A DNA stretch of 64,000 bases from Hypanus sabinus (lineage: Eukaryota). The notes under the pieces are model-generated. The model searched no databases. It saw only the letters and a program-made list of their open reading frames with translations, and was not told where the DNA came from. The position numbers and the translations under genes are program-made. Of this stretch, positions 12,637-22,381 are shown piece after piece. Each line of letters starts with the position of its first letter. Within the stretch, counting starts at the first letter, position 1. The DNA lies in NCBI RefSeq assembly GCF_030144855.1, contig NC_082731.1, positions 25,854,001 through 25,918,000 of the forward strand, given 5' to 3'.

Positions 12637-13088
12637 ATGGGTGTCGTTCTTCATATCTGTCTCCTCTTGTCCTGTCTTACAGGTATGTCAAACGCGTCCT
12701 GTGGCACACCCGGGCAGGCGGCTTTTCGGAACCTTCGGAGCCTATGTCGTTGGAACATTTTATTAATTTCTGCTCTTTATTTCTTGCCAGACGTGCGGTC
12801 CGACATTCAGCTGAAACAACCCGACTCAGCCGTGGTACAGCCCGGAGGGTCGCAAACACTGACCTGTGAAGTCAGCGGTGCAGATATCAGCAGCTACAAC
12901 ATGTACTTGGTGAAACACGTCTCTGGAAAAGGACTGAAATCTTTGGTACGTTATTATACTGAAAATAGCAAGTATTACGCGCCTGAAATCGAGAAACGAT
13001 TCACCGCTTCCAAGGGCAGCAGCAACTTTTATCTGCAAATGAGCAACCTGATACTGGACGACACGGGCACCTATTACTGTGCGATAGA
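12637..13088 (+). CDS. IGHV: V2: Ig heavy-chain-type V segment. Leader 12637-12682, intron 12683-12790, V exon 12791-13088; open frame, but the conserved FR2 Trp is Leu
   Basis: MGVVLHICLLLSCLT / DVRSDIQLKQ...LTCEVSGADISSYNMYLVKHVSGKGLKSLV...DTGTYYCAID; TTG at the Trp codon. Confidence 0.93.
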
Positions 13089-13127
13089 CACAGTGAGAGA
13101 GTCTAGGACTGGACCGGGACAAAAACC
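13089..13127 (+). promoter_or_regulatory. 23-bp RSS of V2
   Basis: CACAGTG + 23 nt + ACAAAAACC. Confidence 0.97.
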
Positions 13128-13730
13128 CACCGAGAACACCTGCCCTTTGAGCGCTGATGAACAGGATAAGAAAGATCGTCACAGCTCGATGACTATCCTT
13201 CTGGACATGTTCGGGCGTCCACGCAAGGGAAAGTATGTTGTGAGCGAGGAGGTACTGAACGGTTCGTGCGAGGCTTTCAGAGAATGACGTCACACGGCTG
13301 CTCGGAGACATGTGCCGATGTGAAGAGGATCACCTATGTACCCGGTCAGGTGCCGGGCTTTCACGCAAATTCTACGTAACAGCAAAACTATTTAAATTGG
13401 GCTTTCGAGCCCTTACGCCGTCCTTTCAGCTGGGACACATCAATCAGATTCTGAGTGGGTAATCTAAGACTAAGGTAATCTAAGGTTGCACTGGAGATCT
13501 GTTTGGAAGCGAACCGAACAACCGAGGAACAGTGACTCCCAGTGAGAATCAATGGATGCCCAGTGAAAGATCCCGTTTAATCATATCCTCGCCATGTATG
13601 GACTGGGATGGCCGATATTGATGACTCATTGTGTGGAATACCAGGGCACAGATGTGAGGACAAGGAGAGTTCCTGAGTCCGCTAGCTGAATCGAGCATTC
13701 AACTAGTTTCAGGCTGAATGGGATAAAGCC

Positions 13731-13815
13731 AGTTTGTGAGCTGTTGGTAAAGCACCACGATATGGCCGACGACGTTCGGCGGGGAGGCGGGGGTGTTGTT
13801 GTATGAACAGAAACT
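13731..13815 (+). pseudogene. D2 relic after V2
   Basis: AGTTTGTGA-13-CACCACG-ATATGGCC-GACGACG...ACAGAAACT; aligns with the V3 and V4 copies. Confidence 0.4.
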
Positions 13816-14151
13816 GATCCCGACAAATCAGCAGTCAATCTATTTGACTTCCGTACTGCTGCTTACCACTGTCAAATCACAGAAGGCTGACTCGTCTCTA
13901 TGCTGGCCGATTAAATTTACATAAATCTTACTCTCTGTTTCTGTGGGTTGGCGGAAACCGGTGTCCTCCGACAGGAAAACTCTGGATATGGCTTGTTAAT
14001 CCACACGCCAGGAAGAGCCACGCTCAGGATTTGGGACTGAAATCTACGATGCAGCTGTGCCCGGTCTGGACAGGGATCATGTTGACAGGGAGATGATTGG
14101 ATGTGACTGTCACAACCACGGATTCGGCAATTGCGCTCGTGAATATGCACA

Positions 14152-14440
14152 TGTAAGCTCAATATTTTATTGTAATACTCTTTATCTCCATTCGTTCTGT
14201 CATAGTATTTGTAAAGACTTGGACACGGCTACTCTTCGCTGCCGGTTTTGCATTCTGACTTGCCTGAGAAATTGGCCTGTCGAGTCAACTGAATCCGAAG
14301 ACTAACTCTATTTGTTTATTCTCAGTTGTTCTTTTCAGCCGCACAGTAAGCTTTGTTTTTCATTTGAGAGTTTTAGTTAACGGCCCTGTTTGGCCTAGCG
14401 TTTATTGTTTTAAGGTTGTAGGTTAAGGTTAGGGTTAGGT
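14152..14440. mobile_element. LTR-like repeat fragment at the J position of cluster 2 (paralogue 56345-56640)
   Basis: Starts TGTAAG; the two copies align; family not determined. Confidence 0.45.
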
Positions 14441-16469
14441 ATTAGCGAATGCTGGAATCCACCTGAAATCAGTGATACATTTAGAGCAAGTATATGAACT
14501 TCCCCGAACTAGCTGGGGTTCTCTAGAGCCAAGTAACAGAAGAACGGGACCTATCCTACGCTACCAGTGAACTGTCCACCGACCGGGTGCAGGCTGCAGG
14601 GGAATGTTGCGGATCTTGTCATCAGACTGTACCTTGACACCAGATGATTTTGCAGAGTGAGTTCACTGTTTGGTGGAAAGCTGTGTTATGATACTCAGCA
14701 CCGACTTATTCTACGGTCAGCGGCTTAGAGTTTCATTGCTGTTTAACGTGTTCCATGTCAGTAACTTCAATGGATCTGTTCGGGGTCAAGTTATTGAGTT
14801 CAGGGATTACTTTCCTGTGCTTTCACGTTGAAGATAATGGGATTAAGACTGGTTAATGGTTCAATATCCCAAGGGCATCAGTGCATGTCAGTCCCATCCT
14901 CTACGGTCTGAACCAGCATGCAGCAAACGTATAGGCGATATCCCAGTATTAGCCTATTTTGCTGCCCTCCTTCATCCACGCCTGGGTTTGCATAACAAGT
15001 GTTTTCCTACATTAACAGTGTTACTGGTGGTTGACTAAAAGTGGCTGTCAGATAAAGTGCTGAATTTATAACACATTTCATTTTGTCACAAGCACCTCAC
15101 AGGCAATGAACTATTTTCAATATACAGCCTGTTGTAGAGTCAGGGATGTGCAGCCTCGCTGCACACAACAGAATCCATAAACTTCAACATGAGAACAATC
15201 AAACAGTCTGTTCTGGTGAAGTTACTGCAGGAGAAATATTGGCTAAGGACAACATGTACACAGTTTTCCAATTGACCGACACAAGGTTTTGATTCATAGT
15301 GATGGTAAACGAGGCAGTACATGAAAATAGATGAGTAGCCCAGAAAGTAAAATAAAAGGATAAACATTCCACAGATAGCATCCCAACGAAACTGTCAAAT
15401 TTAAAATCATTTAATAATGATCTGAAAATGATTTGGATCTCTTTCAGATGCACACGATCTTAATAATGTGTATTTTCTTAAAATCGAGTCATTAAAAATG
15501 ATGCGCATTCACCTTTACAGATGTCTCTTAAGAATAAAGATCTCTCATGCTTACCTTTCGGCCCAGTTCATCACTCATGCACCATCAGTGTGTTTGACAC
15601 CAAATACCCTCTGATTGGCAACAGAAATGATATTAACTGCAATGCTCAGATTCTAAATGATGTATAAATAATATTAACTACCTGCTGTCGTTACAATCTG
15701 GTGTTTAATATCAACTTATTACAATACATTCTAATTACGAACCGAGATTCACCCTACCTGCTGATTCATCATTGATCATTTTCTACAAATATCCAAGAGT
15801 TATTTCAGTACAAATGTACTGTGAGTTAACGCATTCTCCATTCTCCTCTTCACCCAATCAGCCACGTATTCCTCTGAACTCCAATAACACCCCCATCACA
15901 GCAGTACTCTGCAGATCCACCATGCTCCAGCTCCCCTCTTCGCCCCAGTAACGTGCTGTCAGTTTGATACGTAAAGTCTGGAAAGCTGATCCAGACAGAA
16001 TCATACTTATCACCTGCTGGTCTCGGGATGCACAGATCCTCAGCTGAAAACTTCACCAATTAAGATTATTGTGCTTTCTTCACTGCCAACGATGAGCAGC
16101 TCAGACAGCATCCCCGCCGTGAAGAAGTCAATTAATGTTTCACATCAGTGGACTTGCACCAAACTCTGTCATTCTGATTACTGGCAACTACGCTTGTTTC
16201 CACTGTTTTGATTTACTGAAATTACTTTGATGCAGCCGTTTATTTTTCATTGACTTCTAAACTCCAGAACATCCCAGGGCCTTTCCCAGCAAAACAAGTA
16301 CCGCAGCAGCACGTCACTTCATAATGGGGACTTTTTTTTTACTAGGACTGATTGTTTGCACTGAACAGAACGAGCGACCTTAGAGGACCGGCAGATTATT
16401 GTCAGCGTTTAGTTTCTTGGAAGGAATGAACCTAAAGATGCCACAAATATATAGTGCGTTATCGTACAT

Positions 16470-18570
16470 ATAATTGTGAATAGAGTTTGGCAAGAAATGT
16501 TGATGATGTTTGTTTGGAAAATAACACTGGCAGGGATGACGGCAGAGCAGCAGAGGCTGGAATTTCAAAAAGCAATTTAGAATGCAGAGGATATTTACCT
16601 CCCAAAGAGGAAGTGGTGTTCTCAAGGAAAGGCGACACAACTGTAACTAACAACAGAATTCAATGTTAAAATAAAGCCAAGTGGCAGCTTGCAAAAGAAC
16701 AAAAGTTGTCGGGAAGTTACAAGATTGCAAGGCTTTCATAGACCTGCTGAAAGCTACTAAAAGTTATTCAGCAGGTAAAAATGGAATACGAAAGTAAGTA
16801 GCCAATAAGGTGAAAGAGAATACGCTTCTATAGGTACGTAATGTTTACTAAAGAGGCAAGAGTGGATATCGGACCACTGGGAAACAATGCTGGAAATAGT
16901 AATGGTAAACAACGAAATAACGGAAGATCGGAATAAGCATGTTGCATTAGTCTTCGCTGTGGAAGATACTAGCAATATGGTGGAAGTTGCAGGAGTCAGC
17001 GAGCGTAAAGTGTGTGAATTTAACATAACTAGAGAGAATGTTCTAGAGACGTTGAAAAGCCTGGAAGTAGATAGACTATTTGGACCATATGGCTTACATC
17101 CCAGAGTTCTGAAGGAGATTCCTGAAGAGGTTGTGGAAACATTAGGAATGATCTTTCAGGAATCATTAGATTCCGAAATTATCCCTGAAGACTGGAAAAT
17201 TGGAAATGGCTTCGAGAAGGGAGAGAGGCAGAAGAAGGAAAATATATGATTGCTAATCTGAACTCAGTCGTTCAGAAGAATTAGGATTCGATTATTAAGT
17301 AAGAAATCTCAGAATTCTTGGAGGCACATGATAAAATATGTTTTTGTCAGCATGCTTTTCTGAAAGGAAAATCATTCGTAACAAATCTTTTGGAAGTATT
17401 ACAAGAATTATTAAGCAGGAGAGACAAACGAGAATCATTTGATGTGAACTTGAATTTTCAGAAGTCATTTGACAAGATCCTACACATGAGGCTGCTGAAC
17501 AAGCGATGGGACTATGCTATTACATGAAAGATTCCAGAATAGATAAAAGAGTGGCTGATTGGCAGCAGGCAAAGTGTGGGAATAAAGTGAACCTTTTCCT
17601 GCTACTTGCCGGTGACTAATGACGTTCCAAGGGCATCTGAGATAGAACCGAATCCTTTACGTTATATTCACATAGGCAGATACTGGAGGATCAAATAGTT
17701 TGAGAAAGTAGAGGGGCTACAGGAGTTCCCAGACAGATTCCGATAATTTGCAATGAAATGACAGATGGAATATCGTGTTGGGAGCTGTATGTTCATGCAC
17801 TTCGGTAGAAGAAATAAAAAGATTGACAATTTTCTAAATAAAAAAAATACAAAACAATGACTTGCAAAGGGCCTTGACATTCCCTGTGCAGGATTGCTCA
17901 AGATTTAATTTGCAGGTTGAGTCTGTTGTGAGGAAAACAAATATAATGTTGGCATGCATTTCAAGAGCATCCGAATACAAAAGCGAAAATGTAATATTGA
18001 AACTTTATATAGCACTGGTGAGGCCACTCGTAGATCATTGCGAACAGGCTTGCCCTCCTTATCTTCAAAAGGATGTTGCGAAACTGTCGAGGAGTCGTAG
18101 GCAATTGACGATAAATACTCCAGAATGGAATCCCTTTCCATGTGAAAACCGTTTAATGGCTCTGGATCTGTATTGACGAGAATTCAGAAGAATGAAGGGT
18201 GATCTCATTGAAACCTATAGAGTGGTGAGGGCCTTGAGAAACTCGTGAAGACGATGCTTTCTCCAGTAGGAGAGTCTAAAACCAAAGTAGACAGCGTCAG
18301 AATAGAAATGCAGTCAGAATTTTAAAATGCAGTCGGGCAGGAATTTCTTCAGCCACACAGTGATGTGGAAATATTTGTCAGAGGCAGTTGCAGAAGCAAC
18401 GTCATTTTTAAGTATATTAAAAGCAAAGGTTGATAGGCTCTTGATTGGTCATGGCATGAAGTCATATGGGAAAAGGCAGCAGATTGGGGCTGAGAGGAAA
18501 ATCTCGTCAGCCATGATGAAATGGTGGAGCAAACTATTTGCGACAAATTGCCTAATTCTGCTCTTTTATC
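16470..18570 (+). mobile_element. Decayed CR1 LINE (paralogue of 42960-45640)
   Basis: GPYGLHPRVLKEI, IPEDWKI, QHAFLKGKS..TNLLE, LYIALVRPLVDHC. Confidence 0.9.
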
Positions 18571-19936
18571 TGTTGGTGTTATATATAAAATTGTGGCTTG
18601 ATCGCATTAAGAGAATTGTGTGTCGTTCGCATCTTATGATCATCAGGATGGTGATCATCCTGAATGGCAGGATGACAGACTTTTAACATGGCGCATAAAA
18701 TGTCACTGGTATGTCATCTGGATTGGAATGTATGGTGTAAGTTTAGTCAAACGAAGATTTCTTTATTTTGCGCACTGCAGGCTATTGGCCGACCTGGTAG
18801 AATACATAAAATGACAGGTAATGATAGGAAGGATATTCAGCGTTTTCTAGACAAGGCGGAACCGTGAAATCGAAGTTCACATAGACTTATTATGAGAGGA
18901 AGGATACCAAAGATGTTACACGAGACATTAAAAATGCAGAGAGTGCAAAGTGACGGGAAATTTAAGAAAAGTAGTTGAAGTGAATACGACGGCAAGATTT
19001 AAAAGGCAATCAGAAGTGGCGGGGGGGTGGGGCAAACACTATTGACCGTAGAAAAAGATCGTTCTCTTGTCACAGACAGAATATGTACAGTTAGAGTGTA
19101 ACAACACAAAGGAACACAAACAAACAAAACTTCTTTAAAATAATCTACCAATAACTAAATGCAGAAATGGAAGACATAACAGATAAGCCAGGGTTGCTAT
19201 GTTCTCAACTTTCCGAAAAATGTGTGAAAGGGGGAAAAACGCAGAGAAATTTCGGAGAGAGAACCTTGGAGTAGAATAGATCGTGCACCCCAGCATAGAA
19301 AACTTTGAATTTCGAATAGCGTTGTTTGATCAGGATTTTATGATCTGTTAATCCGAATTATTGTGAGTAGTTGTTTTGTTTAGTTCATGAGGAATAGTCA
19401 AAAATCAATGGATATTTTGTATGAATGGCAGAGCGTCACTGGAGATCAGAACACTAATATTTTAAGGCAGACAATATTCTGCATAGGACAGCATGCTCCT
19501 CTGGCTGTGTGATCTCGAAACCGACTCAGAGTTCGGGCTCCTATTTGCAGGATTGGAATTTTCAGAAATTCCATTACTGGGAACATTATTGATTTTGCAA
19601 ATTCTTCTCTCCCTTTTGATTACAACGGTTTAGGAGGCAATTAGGTATCCAGGATTGAAATCGTTAATTCTCCAGACATTTAATAAATTGAACAGGTTTT
19701 GGAAATGGGTTTTGAATCGACCATGTGTATTGGAGCATTCATGAAGCTCTGTGATGCCTGCAACCATCCGATGCCCGAGCAGCTTAAAGGCCCAGTCACT
19801 GACACCGATTCTGAACGTGCACTGGCACTGTTCCTTATAAGGTTTACATTTCATTCAGTAACACTCACACTAAGCTCTTCGGGATGTGGTTACTGCCTTG
19901 AAAGCGTTATGTGTATGGTCATGTGACTGAGAGAAA

Positions 19937-20016
19937 GATTTTTGTATTGACTTATTTCACTGTGGGACTACGATATGCACAGTAATTGAAATGCCATCAG
20001 CTGTCGTACATAAAAC
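19937..20016 (+). other. TCR-type D segment (coding 19965-19977, GGACTACGATATG) with 12/23 RSSs; appears intact
   Basis: GATTTTTGT-12-CACTGTG on the left, CACAGTA-23-ACATAAAAC on the right; open in all three frames. Confidence 0.8.
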
Positions 20017-20313
20017 TCCTGGTTGCAAACATTGACATCCCCACTGCTTAGCTTCAAATGCCGTTCCGATGCGGAAATCTTGCGGTTTTCTCTGTAACCT
20101 TCAGCTCATACTGCACTGTTCTTTGATATCTCCATGTCCCTTGATCTGTGACCACTGAAAATTGTTCCGTTGGAGCGAAGCGGCTCCTATCACTGGTCAA
20201 TTGTCTTCACAGTTCATGTGATAAGCTTGGTAGAGTTTTTATGCACTCTCTTTTGAATCCGCTGTGCAGTGGAGCATCTCGTCACGTGTCCCTGTGGGTA
20301 ACATCTAGGAGAA

Positions 20314-20389
20314 AGTTGTTGTATTGCCGTATAACACAGTGTGTTGTAGACACTGTATATAAAATGCCATCCGCAACCAAACATTAACT
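20314..20389 (+). other. Second TCR-type D segment (coding 20342-20350, TGTTGTAGA) with 12/23 RSSs
   Basis: AGTTGTTGT-12-CACAGTG on the left, CACTGTA-23-ACATTAACT on the right; exact spacer lengths, about 365 bp after the first D. Confidence 0.6.
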
Positions 20390-20627
20390 TCTCAGCAGCA
20401 GGACCTTGTCCTGGTGGCAGATCGGTTTGTGTCAAGCGGATTTGGCAGCCAGAAAATTTCCACTGCCTTTACTGACCATTTTCTTTTCTTTGTTCAACAT
20501 TGAATATTCACGCCTTGATCCTATAACTTGTGTTGCTGACTGGTAGAGGCAATCGTGCTTTCCTGACCGCTTTTATCATTGGAAGACAAGACAGCCAGTT
20601 ATCGGGGAATGTGGAGGGAGCCCCGAA

Positions 20628-20716
20628 ATATTTTGTAACAAGATATAACTATAACGTGATTGAAACTAAGCTCATTCTTGGAAATGAGGCTACTCTGATC
20701 GTTGAACAAATTAAGT
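20628..20716 (+). pseudogene. TCR delta/alpha-like J pseudogene (body 20650-20710)
   Basis: YNVIETKLILGNEATLIVEQ; nonamer-like ATATTTTGT + 12 nt, heptamer missing; donor TTAAGT (GT lost). Confidence 0.65.
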
Positions 20717-21070
20717 GCCCAAACTTTAACATCCTGTTCTTCTTTTCTTTCCTATCAGGAGAATAACTGATTTGATATTTGACATATATTCAATTGGTTC
20801 GGAAAGAGGGAAGAACTGTCATGGTCAGTCGAAAACTGCACTTCAGTCTCCAGTTTTTCAAGTGATGATATTTCGAGAAATTACATAGAATGCGTTCTAC
20901 AATTCTACATATCTCGAACGTACTCGTCCATGTGCCGATGTGCAATGTTCCACTGACCAGTAAGAAGAACTATTCGGAGTAATTTAGCAACACTTCAACA
21001 ATTTAACATCAAATGAGTGACACATGTGTGTGTCCCTCGAGGCTTCCGTGAAATTGGATTCTAGTCACAT

Positions 21071-22381
21071 TGTCATAATGGGTTGTATTGGCAGCGAATC
21101 CAAAAGCAAGGCACAGGGACTGAACACACAGGAGGAGGACTAGGCGTGAGAAAGAAGCAAGGATGTGAGGAAGAAAGGATGCTGGACTTGACACAGGCCC
21201 CGGACGAGACAAAGAATCCGGGCCTGGGCTAGGACTTGGCAAGGATAGCGGAACCAGGATATGGAACTGGGAACTAGGAGCCTGGGCTTGGATTCCGAGC
21301 CCGAGACTGGACAAGGACCCAGAACCTGGGTCTTATCTCGGGCTCGGACTCCAGACCCAGACGTGGACAAGAGGTGGCTACAGGAGAATGAGAGGCAACA
21401 GGACTGGACGTGAGACTCATGCACAGGAGGACTGAACCCCAACACCGGGCCTGGAAAGGTAATCCTGGGCTGGCCGAGGCATATAACAAGACAAGAACAC
21501 AAAGCCGTGGCTTGGACAGGACAAGGAACTTGGACGTGACTAGGACTGGACGAGGCCCTGAAGCCTTGACTATGTCGAGGAAGAGAGAGGTACGCGGAAC
21601 ACTGAGCCCAAGACGGGGGAGATCAGGAACGCAGAACACAGAGCCTGGTTCGAGGGACAGATAGGAACACCGACCCTGGCCCCCTCGTTGGGTACATGAC
21701 GTTGGGCCGGGACTCATCACATAGAACACAAAACACGACGCGACAGATCCTAGCGCCAGGTAGCGGCAAAACGGCCGCACCTACCTAGCGAAAGCGTGGA
21801 CACTGACAGACAGTTCCAAAGAGGGCGAGGCTCCATACATAGGCAACGAGAGTCAATGCTCCAGTCAGAGGCAAGACGAGGTGCGGCAAGGCTCCAGCCA
21901 GGGGCAAGGCGAGGCGAGGCAATGCTCCAGGCAGAGGGAAGGCGAGGCGAGGCAAAGCTCCAAGCAGAGGCAAGTCGATTCGAGGCAAAGCTCCAGGCAG
22001 AGTCAAAGCGAGGAGAGGCAAGGCTTTCGACACAGGTTGCAGGGCAGCGCTTTAGGCATGGGTAGCCGGCAGGGCTTGAGAAGGACGGAAGGGAAATCTT
22101 CAGCCTCAGGGTAACGGCAATGACGGCCTGACTTACCCCAACGAGGCGAGAACAAGATACCAACGGGACGAACCCAAACTGAGACAAGGACAGGGTACTG
22201 ACAAGACAAACCAGCGCCTATACTCGAACACTGGGCCACTTATATTCCCGGCCCAAGACAAGAATCAGGTGCCGACGAATAAGCCCCGAATGAGACAAGT
22301 GACAGCCGGGTGACCTGGATTCTGGAGTTTTCGGGCCGGACCTTGAGCCGGAATGCAGATTTCACGGACCGGACCATGACA
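21071..22381 (-). mobile_element. Probable solo LTR of an LTR retrotransposon
   Basis: Termini TGTCAT...ATGACA, flanks CACAT/CAAAT (imperfect 5-bp TSD), TATA-like motif near 22240 on minus; empty site at about 49810. Confidence 0.7.
21855..22030 (+). repeat. About 33-bp tandem repeat (~5 copies) inside the LTR
   Basis: Repeated GAGGCAA(G/T)GCTCCAGGCAGAG..AAGGCGAGGC. Confidence 0.75.

Noticed and set aside
12607-13287. 226-aa ORF (also 38441-38986, 54782-55357, 5089-5454) as a single-exon gene
   Set aside because: Read-through of leader, intron, V exon and RSS of unrearranged V segments
19440-19530. Possible V end (..IFCI) plus degenerate RSS upstream of the first TCR-like D (paralogue 48480-48570)
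   Set aside because: Nonamer only fits at about 20 nt, the heptamer is weak, and upstream sequence shows no V framework
19630-19926. ORFs in the block shared with 48700-48935
   Set aside because: Frames are not conserved between copies; sequence similarity is explained by segmental duplication
21750-22239. Overlapping repetitive ORFs (LQAEARRGEA repeats)
   Set aside because: Produced by a 33-bp minisatellite inside a solo LTR
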